Origin: Myxococcota bacterium
Lineage (GTDB): Bacteria > Myxococcota_A > UBA796 > GCA-2862545
DNA length: 64,000 bases
NCBI GenBank assembly: GCA_039208735.1
Contig: JBCCQY010000013.1
Span: forward strand, 27,889-91,888
Direction: 5' to 3'
A program made the position numbers and the translations under genes. The notes beneath the pieces are model-generated. The model saw only the letters and a program-made list of their open reading frames with translations. It was not told where the DNA came from and ran no database searches. How positions within the stretch are numbered: the first letter of the stretch is position 1; the number at the start of each line of letters is the position of its first letter. Positions 50,401-59,673 of this stretch are shown here, one piece after another.

Positions 50401-53400
50401 TCGACCTCTGGCAGGTCAGGCGCGGCTTCGCGGACCGCGGAGAGGATTTCGACGCGTTTGATGGAGTCGATGCCGAGGTCGGCCTCGAGTGCCATGCCCA
50501 TTTCGAGCATGTCGGCGGGGTAGCCGGTCTTGTCGGCCACGACGTTGAGAAGCAGTCCCTCGATGTCGACGCCGGCCGGAGGAGCCGCTGCGGCGGGGCG
50601 GGGCGCGGCGGTACCTGCCGGGGATGCAGGAAGGTGTTCGCGCAGGTGATCACGGACTTCGCCGAGGGTCTGCAGCTGCGCCATTGCCGCGGTGTCGACC
50701 TCGGGCAATCCCGGAGCGGCTTCACGGACCGCAGACAAGATTTCGACGCGCTTGATGGAGTCGATGCCGAGGTCGGCTTCGAGCGTCATCTCCATTTCGA
50801 GCATATCGGCGGGGTAGCCTGTCTTGTCGGCCACCACATTGAGGAGCAACTGCTCAAGGTCGAGGCTTGGCGCGGCGGGAGCCGGCGTGGGCGCAGGCGC
50901 AGGTGCAGGTGGGGCTGCGGGAGGGGCGACCGGCGCGGGAGTGGGCTGGACCGGCGGGGCAGCGACCACCGGAGGCAGCGTGGGCGCCTGGAAGGTCGGT
51001 GCTTCGAATGTGGGAGCCGGACCTGGCGTTCCGGTCAACAGCCCTTGCAGGTTCTGCAGCGAGGCTTCGACGGTGCGCAGAAACTGGTCATGGGTTTCGG
51101 CCATGGCCCTTTGGTAGGCCTGATGGGCTTCGACCGTGCTGCGTTGGGCATGCTGGAAGGCGAGAATCCAGGGATCGCTTCCTCCCGCCGTCGAGGCGGC
51201 GGGCATCGGCGCCGCTCCGGGGGTTGCGACGGGCACTTCTACGCGACGCTCGACCACCTTCTCGACGACCTGAGGTTCAGGCTCCCGAGCCTTTGCGGGA
51301 CCGGTGCGGACGGGGTTGGGCTTCGGCAGGGCGTCCGCGCCACCCTTGGGCGGGTACGGCTTGTCGAAGTTGGCCCCGTTGAGTTTGAGCGAGAGTTTGG
51401 GCTTGCGGCGGTCATGCGGATCGTCAGGGATGCGCTGACCCTTCCAGAGGGTCGAGAATGCCAAGGCATGCCCTGCCACCGAAAGACGAGCCAGGGCCTG
51501 GAAGAACGTGGTGACGGTGTTCTTCTTGCGACGGTCGAGAGGCACGGCGAGATGCGGTCGGTCGCCCAGGATCTCACCGATGAGGTTGGTGAGCACGTGG
51601 CCCGGTCCGACCTCGACGAACGTGCGCACGCCAGATGCGTACATCGCTTCGATCTGTTCGACGAACCGCACCGGCTTTGCGATGGCCGTGCCAAGACGCT
51701 CCCGGATTGCCCCCGGGGCCGCCGGATAGGGCGCCGCTTCGGCGTTGTGGAGCACCGGAATGCGGGACACCTGAACGTCGACGGTCTGCAGGAACTGCGA
51801 GAATGGCTCGACCGAGGCGGAAACCACCGGGCTGTGGAAGGCGGTGGCGACCTTAAGCCGCTTCGGCTCAATGCCCGCATCGAGAAGGGCCTTCTCGACC
51901 TGATCGACGGCTTGGGTGGGGCCGCTGACAACCACCTGTTTGGGAGCGTTGTGGTTGGCCACGACCGCGTTGGGCACCGCATCGACGTAAGGACGAACCT
52001 GTTCGATGGGCAGTGGCACTGCGATCATCGCGCCATCGGTCTGCGCGGCTTCGGCCATCAATTCGCCGCGCTTGCGGGCAACGCGCAACACGTCGGCTTC
52101 CGACAGGGCTCCAGCGGCCCCGAGGGCCGTCACTTCGCCGTAGGAATGCCCCCCCACTGTGGTGGGTTCCAGGCCGAGTTCGCGAACGAGCCGCAACATG
52201 GCCAGGCTCACGGTGCCGATGGCGGGCTGCGCCCACTCGGTGGCTCGCAAGGTGTCCTCAAGCGCTTTGGTACCCGCGGTGTCCCACGCCGGGATGGGGA
52301 AGATCACCTCATGGATGGGCCGATCCGCGAGATCGAGATCGCTCGCCGCATCAAGGCCATCCGCCATGGCGTCGAAGGCCATCGCGAGGTCGGCGCCCAT
52401 GTTGATGTACTGGCTTCCTTGGCCGGGAAAGACGAAGGCTAAGGGGCCGGGCTGGCTGCCGTGATGGTAGTACATCCCCGTGGGGATTTCGATGGGTTTC
52501 TGCGGCTTTTCTGCAATCTTGTCCGCGATACGATGGAGCCGCTGGGCCAACTCTTCCGAGGATTTGGCGACGATGGCCATGCGCGCAGGCTTGGTGGCGT
52601 CGAACGTCTGCTGCGACTGGTACGCCGCATACGCGAGAAAGTCCGGATGGGTGGCTTTGGCCGCCATGGCCCGAGCGTCGGAAATCAGCGCTTGTGGCGA
52701 GGCTGCCGCGAGCACCACGAGTTCCGAGGGCATGACCCGGAGTCGCGGAGCCCGCTCGGGTCCGGTGTATTCTTCGACGGTGATATGGAAGTTTGAACCG
52801 CCGAATCCAAAGGAGCTAATCGCTCCACGCCGGGGATGGGTGCTCGGCCGGACCCAGGGTCTGGAGGACGTCGAGAGGTAGAACGGCGAATTTTCAAGGT
52901 CGAGCTTGGGATTGGGGCGCTCGATCTTCAAGGTGGGAGGCAGCACGCGGTTGTGCAAAGCCATCACGACCTTGAACAGACCGGCTGCGCCGGCGGCCGC
53001 TTTGGTGTGGCCAATCTGCGACTTGACGGTGCCCAACGCACACCATTGGGCATCGGTGCGACCCGAGGCACCAAAGGCCATGCGAAGGCCCTCGAATTCC
53101 GCGGCGTCGCCCGCCTTGGTGCCGGTTCCGTGCGCCTCGACCAGCTCGACCGTATCGGCGTCATAGCCGGCTTGTGCATAGGCACGGCGAATCGCCTTGG
53201 CTTGCCCGTTCGACACCGGCGCGTACACACTCTTGCTGCGACCATCCGACGAGCTGCCGATGCCCTTGATGACGGCGTAGATCTTGTCACCGTCGCGCAC
53301 CGCATCGGGAAGCCGCTTGAGCGCGACCATCCCGAGGCCTTCGCCAAGCAAGGTGCCGTCAGCACGGTCCGAGAAGGGAGCGCATTCCCCCGTCTTCGAC

Positions 53401-54164
53401 AGCGCAGGCGTCTTGCTGAAGCACATGTACATCGAGATGTCGTTCATGGTGTCGGCCCCGCCTGTGATGACGAGGTCGGACTGGCCGAGCCACAGCTCAT
53501 TGGCTCCCATGGAAACGGCGGAGAACGAGCTTGCACAGGCGGCGTCGGTCACGCAGTTGGTGCCGCCAATGTCGAGCCGGTTCGCGATGCGCCCCGCCAC
53601 GACGTTGCCGAGCAGACCGGGGAATGTTGACTCCTGCCATGGCACATACTCGCCGGCGATCTTGTCGGCTGCAATCTGGACTTCTTCTTCGTCGTAGCCC
53701 AGCTCACGAAGGGCCTTGACCCACACCGGACGCTGCAGCCGGTTGGCCATGGTGAGCATCAATTCCTGGGCCCCTGTGACACCCAGGATGCAACTCACTT
53801 TGTCCTTGTCGAGGTCCGCCAGGCCGTCCCCACACGCGTCTTCCAACACCTTCTTGGCCGTGATGAGGGCCAACAATTGGGTGGTGTCGGTGGCGGGAAC
53901 GATGGACGGGGGAACGCCCCACTCGAGGGGATCGAACTCAATGTCGGAAAGGAAGCCGCCGCGCTTGCCGTAAGTCTTGTCAGGCGCGCTCGGGTCCGGG
54001 TCGTAGTAATCCTCGATCAGCCAGTGACTATCGGGCACATCGCCCAACAGATCCTTTCCTGTGAAGATGTCGTGCCAAAATCCAGTCGCGTCGACGCTAC
54101 CGGGAAAAATGGCGCTGACACCGACGATGGCGATCGGGCATTGTTTCGGATCGTGCACGCTCAT
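47433..54164 (-). CDS. pfa2: PUFA synthase subunit Pfa2/PfaA: KS-MAT-ACPx4-KR-DH
   Basis: 'DAACASS', 'EAHGTGT', 'QIGHTKAAAG'; MAT 'GHSYG' and 'AFHS'; four 'LGIDSIKRVEIL'; KR 'GGAKGVT...YAMAN'; DH 'DHQVRDTPVVP'. Confidence 0.95.
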   Translation of the reverse strand: MSVHDPKQCPIAIVGVSAIFPGSVDATGFWHDIFTGKDLLGDVPDSHWLIEDYYDPDPSAPDKTYGKRGGFLSDIEFDPLEWGVPPSIVPATDTTQLLALITAKKVLEDACGDGLADLDKDKVSCILGVTGAQELMLTMANRLQRPVWVKALRELGYDEEEVQIAADKIAGEYVPWQESTFPGLLGNVVAGRIANRLDIGGTNCVTDAACASSFSAVSMGANELWLGQSDLVITGGADTMNDISMYMCFSKTPALSKTGECAPFSDRADGTLLGEGLGMVALKRLPDAVRDGDKIYAVIKGIGSSSDGRSKSVYAPVSNGQAKAIRRAYAQAGYDADTVELVEAHGTGTKAGDAAEFEGLRMAFGASGRTDAQWCALGTVKSQIGHTKAAAGAAGLFKVVMALHNRVLPPTLKIERPNPKLDLENSPFYLSTSSRPWVRPSTHPRRGAISSFGFGGSNFHITVEEYTGPERAPRLRVMPSELVVLAAASPQALISDARAMAAKATHPDFLAYAAYQSQQTFDATKPARMAIVAKSSEELAQRLHRIADKIAEKPQKPIEIPTGMYYHHGSQPGPLAFVFPGQGSQYINMGADLAMAFDAMADGLDAASDLDLADRPIHEVIFPIPAWDTAGTKALEDTLRATEWAQPAIGTVSLAMLRLVRELGLEPTTVGGHSYGEVTALGAAGALSEADVLRVARKRGELMAEAAQTDGAMIAVPLPIEQVRPYVDAVPNAVVANHNAPKQVVVSGPTQAVDQVEKALLDAGIEPKRLKVATAFHSPVVSASVEPFSQFLQTVDVQVSRIPVLHNAEAAPYPAAPGAIRERLGTAIAKPVRFVEQIEAMYASGVRTFVEVGPGHVLTNLIGEILGDRPHLAVPLDRRKKNTVTTFFQALARLSVAGHALAFSTLWKGQRIPDDPHDRRKPKLSLKLNGANFDKPYPPKGGADALPKPNPVRTGPAKAREPEPQVVEKVVERRVEVPVATPGAAPMPAASTAGGSDPWILAFQHAQRSTVEAHQAYQRAMAETHDQFLRTVEASLQNLQGLLTGTPGPAPTFEAPTFQAPTLPPVVAAPPVQPTPAPVAPPAAPPAPAPAPTPAPAAPSLDLEQLLLNVVADKTGYPADMLEMEMTLEADLGIDSIKRVEILSAVREAAPGLPEVDTAAMAQLQTLGEVRDHLREHLPASPAGTAAPRPAAAAPPAGVDIEGLLLNVVADKTGYPADMLEMGMALEADLGIDSIKRVEILSAVREAAPDLPEVDTAAMAQLQTLGEVRDYLRANLPAGGAAPVVASPSAPATAAPARDLEGLLLNVVSDKTGYPADMLEMSMALEADLGIDSIKRVEILSAVRDAAPELPEVDTAAMAQLQTLGEVRDYLRANLPGNAPAAPAPTATPAAPAPAAGLDLNALLLEVVADKTGYPADMLEMSMALEADLGIDSIKRVEILSAVREKAPGLPEVDTAAMAKLETLGQVVDHLQGFTDTPAATPAPTAAPAPPTPALGRWRLDAVEAAPIGLTTPGLRPGATIEVMPRSDQANAVVAAFAREGLAASAVDAPGADVDVLIYVGGWQPSDPFAAQRQGFAAARTVAQRFGAPDAHEPLFVTVQDTGGDFGLSGSEHAWSAGLTGLVKTAVQEWPKTFGKALDIPVSGRGLDQAAEAVVHELLAGGPDLEVGRPLDGRRLVLRSVADDAAPAPAARRDQSVIVASGGAKGVTAHTLIALARAQGGRFVLLGRTALEDEPGFLRGLTDEPALKKALLDDARSRNERPTPAELGRKVGKWLGIRQIRDTMARIEAAGGQARYAAVDVTDAHALGALLDDVRGSWGAVTGLVHGAGVLADKRIADKTMEQFDRVFDTKVRGLQALLAATANDPLDTLLFFSSVAGRCGNQGQADYAMANEVLAKVAAYEQTRRGDGVVVRALQWGPWEGGMVTPQLKAHFEAQGVPLIGLDAGAAMLVAEVTDHRRQTEVVLGGEPRMAPLADPGADGSEVLRLRLRAHRRTHPYLADHQVRDTPVVPVVLVLEWFARAGQVFRSHLALQSFRDVKVTRGISLTGFDNGGDWFDVTVREESNGTGSVLAVELTDLAGTTHYVALADMVPELAPAPPSPDTPRFDPVSDQTIYDGTILFHGQTFQVIDALEGASDEGIVARLTRNAEAAWGHEPWQTDPAALDGGLQLALLYSARMLGGASLPMGVETMRTFRSGPPDGPLRAVLRGETRGRDKTITDIVFTDEVGNVVHELRGVQAIRLP
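49750..50870 (-). repeat. Four near-identical tandem ACP-coding repeats separated by Pro/Ala linkers (boundaries approximate)
   Basis: Repeated 'ttgatggagtcgatgccga' on the + strand near 49860, 50160, 50460 and 50755. Confidence 0.9.
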
Positions 54165-54175
54165 CGGGACTCCTG

Positions 54176-55783
54176 TCAGGCGTCGAGCGGACGGGGGGAG
54201 AAGGTGAAGGCTTGGCTGGGAATGGCCACGCCGTGGGCCCGCAGCTGATGGGCGCGCGTAAGGGTCGCAGCGCCTTCGAGCAGGTTGCGGGCGATTTGAA
54301 CGGTGGTGCGGTTTTCGGCTGGCTCGAGGAAGCTGCCTTTGACCCAGGCGTTGAAGGCGCCCATCGCAGGCCCACACCAGATTTGGTAATCGAGGTTGCG
54401 GCCGCCTTCTCCGGCGATGGCCCACTTGCTGGATAGCCCCAGGTACCATCGAAAGACCAGGGCCATCCGATGTTTGGGCTCGCGATGGGCACGTTCGACT
54501 TCGTGCGGATCGCGCACATTGAAGAAGGATTCGCAGTTTTGCCAGATGACCTCGAGGTCATCCTTGAAGATCTCTTTTTCGAGCTTCTGCCGAACTTCGG
54601 TAGGGATCGACTCGATGCCGTCGTGGGCCCGGTAGACCTCGTACAGTCGCTTTGCTCGGGCCCCGAACATCGTGCCGCGCTGTAGCACCTGGACTTCAAC
54701 GCCGAGTTCGAACATGTCCGCGGCGGGCGCCATGACCACGTCCGCAAGTCCGGCCGAACACAGGAGTCGCTTGCCTTGGGGCGATAAACCACTTTCGACC
54801 GCAGCCTGGTTGACCGAACCGGTGAGAACGAAGGCCGCACCAAGCTGGAAGGCGGCTGCGACGGCCGATGGGGTGCCAATTCCCCCCGCCGCTCCAATCC
54901 GAATGGGGCGCTTGAACCCGTGCTGGGCCACCATCTCGTCACGCACCGACAAGATGGTCGGGAACAGCGCGGTGAGGGTCTGGTTGTCGGTGTGTCCGCC
55001 CGAGTCGGCTTCGACGGTCACGTCCTCCGCCACCGGCAGCTCCCGGGCGAGCGCGGCTTCTTCGGATGTGAGATGCCCGTCTCGGACCAGTTGCTGCAGG
55101 AGGTCTTCGGGCGCGGGAGCCAGGAACCGCCGCGCGACCTCCGGACGACTGATCTTCGCAAAGACGTAGTTCTCGCGGTGGATCGAACCGTCCGGACGTC
55201 GGCGTACCCCCGCGTAGGCGTAGCGAACGATCATGGGGGTGAGGGCCATGTAGGCCGAGGCGCTGACCCGACGAACCCCACGCTTGAGGTACAACTCGAC
55301 GGTTCCCATCTCGACTTTGGGCTCGTTCGGAGCGTGGATGAGGTTGCTTCCGAACGGCAACGTGGTGCCGGCCAGGCCTGCTTCGATGCGATCGAGTCCC
55401 TCGGAGATGCGGTCGACGGTGAGGCCCGCGGCGCCGAAGAATCCGAGCATGCCGGCCTTCGCCATGGCGACCACCATGTCGGAGGTGGCAATGCCGTTGG
55501 CCATCGCCCCCGCCACGTAGGGGAAGCGGATGCCGTGTACCTCGTTGAACGAGCGGTCGCCGAGCCACTCTGGGTACAGCGCAGGGAGGTTCGCCACGAG
55601 GGGAAAGGTCGGCGCTCCATTGACTTCGTCATCGCGAAGGACCGCCCCGCCCCGAGCCACGCCGAAGGGGCCTTCGGGAGCACTCCGCACGACGTACACG
55701 GGCTCCCGGAAATGGCGCACCGCTTCGCGAAGTTCGGTCGGGGTAAAGGCGGGCCGATGGCCCCCGGGCTTCCACAAGGTCAT
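54176..55783 (-). CDS. pfa1: PUFA synthase enoyl reductase Pfa1/PfaD
   Basis: 'GAMANGI', 'AKISRPEVA', 'EADSGGHTDN', 'APAADMFE.GV.VQVL', 'DYQIWCGPAMGAFN'. Confidence 0.95.
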   Translation of the reverse strand: MTLWKPGGHRPAFTPTELREAVRHFREPVYVVRSAPEGPFGVARGGAVLRDDEVNGAPTFPLVANLPALYPEWLGDRSFNEVHGIRFPYVAGAMANGIATSDMVVAMAKAGMLGFFGAAGLTVDRISEGLDRIEAGLAGTTLPFGSNLIHAPNEPKVEMGTVELYLKRGVRRVSASAYMALTPMIVRYAYAGVRRRPDGSIHRENYVFAKISRPEVARRFLAPAPEDLLQQLVRDGHLTSEEAALARELPVAEDVTVEADSGGHTDNQTLTALFPTILSVRDEMVAQHGFKRPIRIGAAGGIGTPSAVAAAFQLGAAFVLTGSVNQAAVESGLSPQGKRLLCSAGLADVVMAPAADMFELGVEVQVLQRGTMFGARAKRLYEVYRAHDGIESIPTEVRQKLEKEIFKDDLEVIWQNCESFFNVRDPHEVERAHREPKHRMALVFRWYLGLSSKWAIAGEGGRNLDYQIWCGPAMGAFNAWVKGSFLEPAENRTTVQIARNLLEGAATLTRAHQLRAHGVAIPSQAFTFSPRPLDA

Positions 55784-55864
55784 CGGTCTTGCCACCGCTT
55801 TTCGCTGCTCGCCAGGGGCACACAAGCTCCCACCAGCGGCGCACCCGTCGGGGACGGGCTCGTA

Positions 55865-55975
55865 GGGTTAATGGAGGTTTGCGCGCTTGTAATGTCGGGA
55901 TTCATGGTCGTCGACCGGGCCGGGTCGCCGCGGCGTCCAGGGAAGGTGGTCCGGGTCGAGGCGAGGCATTAACCC
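55865..55975. promoter_or_regulatory. Divergent pfa/ole promoter region containing the inverted 9-mer GGGTTAATG...CATTAACCC
   Basis: GGGTTAATG at 55865-55873 and its reverse complement at 55967-55975. Confidence 0.4.
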
Positions 55976-56029
55976 CGCCGGGTGGTTTTGGCGGCGTGGG
56001 TGCCGCGGAGGGGGCGTGTGGTGGTCGCG

Positions 56030-56914
56030 ATGCCCGAAGACGCGGCGGGGCTGTTTCCGTGGACATCCAAGGCGTTGCCCGTTCCCGCGGGTGAGCTGCG
56101 CTATGTCGATGCAGGTGAGGGCGACCCGATCCTCGCCGTACACGGCAATCCTACCTGGAGCTTCTACTGGCGGGCCCTGATTCGGCACTACGAGGGCCGG
56201 AACCGAGTGGTGGTGCCGGATCACATCGGGTGTGGGCGGTCCGACAAGCCGCAAGACTGGCCTTACCGACTCGAGGATCACGTTGACAATCTCGTGCGCC
56301 TCGTCGAGCACCTCGACCTGCAGCGCATCACGGTCGTGGTCCATGACTGGGGCGGTGCGATTGGTCTGGGCATGGCCGGCCGGTTGCCCGACCGCATCGC
56401 TCGGCTGGTGATCACCAACACCGCAGCATTCCGGTCCCAGGCCATTCCTTTGTCGATCGCGAGCTGTCGCATTCCCGGGTTTGGAGCCCTCGCCGTCCGC
56501 GGGTTCAACGCGTTTGCTCGGGCCGCGACCTTCCGCACGACGGTGCGTCCGCTTGCTCCGGCGGTGAAGGCGGGCCTACTCTGGCCGTACGGGAATTGGG
56601 CGGACCGCATTGCGACTCTCCGGTTCGTCGAGGATATTCCCCTCGCTCCGTCCCATCCCAGCTACGACACCCTCGTCGGCGTTGAGGACAACCTCGCGAA
56701 GCTGCAGGCCAAGCCAACGCTCATCGCCTGGGGAGACCAGGATTGGTGCTTCACCCCAGCGTTCCGTGAGGAGTTCCAACGTCGCTTCCCCGAGGCTGAG
56801 GTCGAAGCCTATGCGGATGCGGCGCACTACCTCATTGAGGATGTTCCCGAGCGTCTGCTCGCCCGCATGGATCGATTCCTGGAGGCGCATCCGCTGGACA
56901 GGGAAGGCGCATGA
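56030..56914 (+). CDS. oleB: OleB beta-lactone decarboxylase (haloalkane dehalogenase-like hydrolase)
   Basis: 'HGNPTWSFYWR', 'PDHIGCG.SDKP', 'HDWGG', 'RFVEDIPL', 'HYLIED'; adjacent to oleC and oleD. Confidence 0.88.
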   Translation: MPEDAAGLFPWTSKALPVPAGELRYVDAGEGDPILAVHGNPTWSFYWRALIRHYEGRNRVVVPDHIGCGRSDKPQDWPYRLEDHVDNLVRLVEHLDLQRITVVVHDWGGAIGLGMAGRLPDRIARLVITNTAAFRSQAIPLSIASCRIPGFGALAVRGFNAFARAATFRTTVRPLAPAVKAGLLWPYGNWADRIATLRFVEDIPLAPSHPSYDTLVGVEDNLAKLQAKPTLIAWGDQDWCFTPAFREEFQRRFPEAEVEAYADAAHYLIEDVPERLLARMDRFLEAHPLDREGA

Positions 56915-58554
56915 ACTTCGCGGCTCGGGTCTACGCCCATGGTGCAGAACGTCCTTACCAGCGGGCCTTGGTGGCTCCCGGGCCGCGCCAAGGAGACCAG
57001 CCGTCTTGGCGTCACATGACCTTCGGGCGGCTTACCGACCGAGCCAAGCGCCTTGCCGCCGGGTTCATCAAGCGGGGCCTGACGGAAGGCGACCGAGTGA
57101 TGATGCTCGTGCCGGCGGGGTTCGAGTTCTTCGAAGTCAGCCTCGCCCTTTGGCAAATTGGAGCCGTGCCGGTCCTCATCGACCCGGGCATGGGACTTTC
57201 AGGCTTTCTCTCCTGTACGGCGCAAATCCGGCCTCGCGTGCTCATTGGCATTCCGCGGGGAATGCTTCTTGCCGCCGTCCGGTCGGGACCGTTCCGCTCC
57301 GTCGAGGACCGCATCACGGTGGGGGGCTCAACCTGGTTTTGGGGAGGCGCGACCCTCGATGCGTGCCGATCCGAGTCTCCGCGAACCGAACTGGCTCCCG
57401 CCGATGTCGACACCGAAGCTGGGGTGTTGTTTACATCCGGCTCGACGGGGCCTGCCAAGGGGGTGCGCTACACCCACGGGATGTTCGGGACGCAGGCCGA
57501 GCGAATCCAGGCGATGTACGACATCGTTCCCGGAAATCTTGATGTGAGCTGCTTTCTGCCGTTTGCCATGTTTTCGGTGGCCATGGGTGTGACCTGTGTG
57601 TTGCCCGACATGGACTTCGCCAAGCCCGCGACGGCGGCGCCTCGCGCCATCCTCGAAGCGGTGGAAGAGCATGGAGCAAGCCAGCTTGTAGCGAGTCCTG
57701 CGGTGCTCGTCCGGATGGCGCCTTGGCTTGCCGAACGTGGTCAAGAAATGCCCAGTCTTGACCGCATTCTGACGTTTGGGGCCCCGATCCCCCGGCCCCT
57801 CCATGAGGCCTTCCGCACGGTGTTGCGGGAGGGGGCTGCCATCCACACGCCGTACGGGGCGACCGAGGCGCTGCCCGTCGCCACCATCGATGGCCACACC
57901 ATTCTTGCCGAGACGGGCGCACGATCGGCCTCGGGTGAGGGCACCTGTGTGGGGCGGCCAGACGAGAGCATCGAGGTGCGCGTGTTGGCGATTACCGATG
58001 AGCCGCTGGCCACCATGGCCGAGGCGACGGTGTTGCCGCCCGGCGAGGTCGGAGAGATTACGGTGCGCGGCGTGCAGGTGTCGCGGGAGTACAAGGATCG
58101 GCCGGATGCGAACGCCGCTTCGAAGGTTCAGGACGGCGACACCTTCTGGCATCGCATGGGGGACCTTGGCTACCTCGACGATCAAGGACGGCTCTGGTTC
58201 TGCGGGCGCAAGAGCCACCGGGTGACCCTCGCCGATGGGCGCCTGCGGTTTCCCGTTCCCGTCGAGGGCATCTTCAACGAACATCCCGCGGTGCGGCGAA
58301 GCGCGCTTGTCGGGGTGGACGGCACGGCGGTGCTGGTCGTGGAGTTGAACGCGGGCGTCACCGAGACGCCCAAATTGCTGGATGAAATTGGAGCGTTGGG
58401 AAGAGGGCATGAGGTCGCATCGGATGTCACCCGCTTGCTCGTCCACCCTGGTTTTCCCGTCGACAGGCGGCACAACGCAAAGATTCACCGGCCCGAGATC
58501 GCCAAGTGGGCTGCAGGGCGCGCCGGCCACCCGGTGCGGCGAGGTGACGCATGA
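56911..58554 (+). CDS. oleC: OleC beta-lactone synthetase (AMP-dependent ligase)
   Basis: 'GAVPVLIDPGMG', 'FTSGSTGPAKG', 'TPYGATEALP', 'WHRMGD', 'FPVDRRHNAKI'. Confidence 0.9.
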   Translation: MNFAARVYAHGAERPYQRALVAPGPRQGDQPSWRHMTFGRLTDRAKRLAAGFIKRGLTEGDRVMMLVPAGFEFFEVSLALWQIGAVPVLIDPGMGLSGFLSCTAQIRPRVLIGIPRGMLLAAVRSGPFRSVEDRITVGGSTWFWGGATLDACRSESPRTELAPADVDTEAGVLFTSGSTGPAKGVRYTHGMFGTQAERIQAMYDIVPGNLDVSCFLPFAMFSVAMGVTCVLPDMDFAKPATAAPRAILEAVEEHGASQLVASPAVLVRMAPWLAERGQEMPSLDRILTFGAPIPRPLHEAFRTVLREGAAIHTPYGATEALPVATIDGHTILAETGARSASGEGTCVGRPDESIEVRVLAITDEPLATMAEATVLPPGEVGEITVRGVQVSREYKDRPDANAASKVQDGDTFWHRMGDLGYLDDQGRLWFCGRKSHRVTLADGRLRFPVPVEGIFNEHPAVRRSALVGVDGTAVLVVELNAGVTETPKLLDEIGALGRGHEVASDVTRLLVHPGFPVDRRHNAKIHRPEIAKWAAGRAGHPVRRGDA

Positions 58555-59636
58555 TGCGGATTCTGGTGACCGGGGGCGGAGGGTTCCTCGGCAAGGCCAT
58601 CACCCGCCAGTTGCTCGACAAGGGCTACGCCGTGCGGGTGCTGGGACGCAACCGCTACCCCGAGGTCGAAGAAATGGGCGCCGAGGGGGTGGTGTGCGAT
58701 CTGTCGGTGGGTCGTCGCCTCGATGAAGCGCTCGTTGGGGTAGACGCGGTGATCCACACGGCGGCTCGGGCCGGCATGTGGGGCGCTTACGAGGACTACT
58801 ACCAGGCCAACGTCGTGGCCACGGAACGCTTGCTCGAGGCCATTCAGCGGGCGGCGGTGCCTCGGCTGGTGTACACCTCGTCGCCCTCGGTGACCTTTCA
58901 AGGACGCGATGAGGAGAACGTTTCCGAGAACGACGCGCGGTACCCCGACACGTTTCCATTCTACTACCCAGAGACGAAGGCCTTGGCGGAAGCCATCGTG
59001 CTCGCGGCGAATGGTCCGGCGCTGGCCACCACCTCGATTCGGCCTCACCTCATCTACGGACCGGGCGACCCACATCTGTTGCCTCGGCTCGTGGCCCGTC
59101 ATCAGGCTGGTCGCTTGAGGGTGATCGGCGATGGCAAGAACAAGGTGGCGTTGACCTACATCGACAACGCCGCCCAGGCTCACGTGCAGGCGCTCGAACA
59201 GCTCGCGCCCGACTCGCCCAATGCGGGCAAGCCGTACTTCGTGACCGACGAAGACCCGGTGCTGGTTTGGGATTGGCTCAACGAGGTGTTCCAAGAGGCG
59301 GGGCTCGGGCGCATCGAGGGTCAGGTCAGCCGCTGGATCGCCTTGCCCCTTGCCTCGGCCGTCGAGGGATTTTGGTGGGCATTGGCGCTCAAGAGTGAGC
59401 CCCCCATCACCAAGTTTACGGTGCAGCAGATCAGCTCATCGCACTGGTACGACCTTTCGAACGCCAAGCGAGACTTCGGCTATGCGCCGAGCATTTCGGG
59501 CGAGGAAGGCAAGTTGCGCACCATCGCTTGGCTTAAGGAAGCCCATCCGCCGCCACCCCCGCCGCCGCCCGAACCCGCGCCCGCCCCCAAAGCGGCGGCT
59601 GACGCAGATGTGGACAACCCCGGTTCGGCACCATAG
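58551..59636 (+). CDS. oleD: OleD 2-alkyl-3-oxoalkanoate reductase (extended SDR)
   Basis: 'VTGGGGFLG', 'YTSSPSV', 'YPETK' (YxxxK), 'RPHLIYGPGD'. Confidence 0.88.
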   Translation: MMRILVTGGGGFLGKAITRQLLDKGYAVRVLGRNRYPEVEEMGAEGVVCDLSVGRRLDEALVGVDAVIHTAARAGMWGAYEDYYQANVVATERLLEAIQRAAVPRLVYTSSPSVTFQGRDEENVSENDARYPDTFPFYYPETKALAEAIVLAANGPALATTSIRPHLIYGPGDPHLLPRLVARHQAGRLRVIGDGKNKVALTYIDNAAQAHVQALEQLAPDSPNAGKPYFVTDEDPVLVWDWLNEVFQEAGLGRIEGQVSRWIALPLASAVEGFWWALALKSEPPITKFTVQQISSSHWYDLSNAKRDFGYAPSISGEEGKLRTIAWLKEAHPPPPPPPPEPAPAPKAAADADVDNPGSAP

Positions 59637-59673
59637 CAACGCGGGCACACTTCGAAAGCGCGGGGGCGTAGAG

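Noticed and set aside
49750..50870. CRISPR array or DNA-level repeat element
   Set aside because: The repeats are in-frame ACP domains with synonymous variation
45493..52442. Long plus-strand ORFs (e.g. 45493-47025, 49197-50372, 50634-52442)
   Set aside because: Antisense shadows of pfa genes, expected in high-GC DNA, with no recognisable motifs
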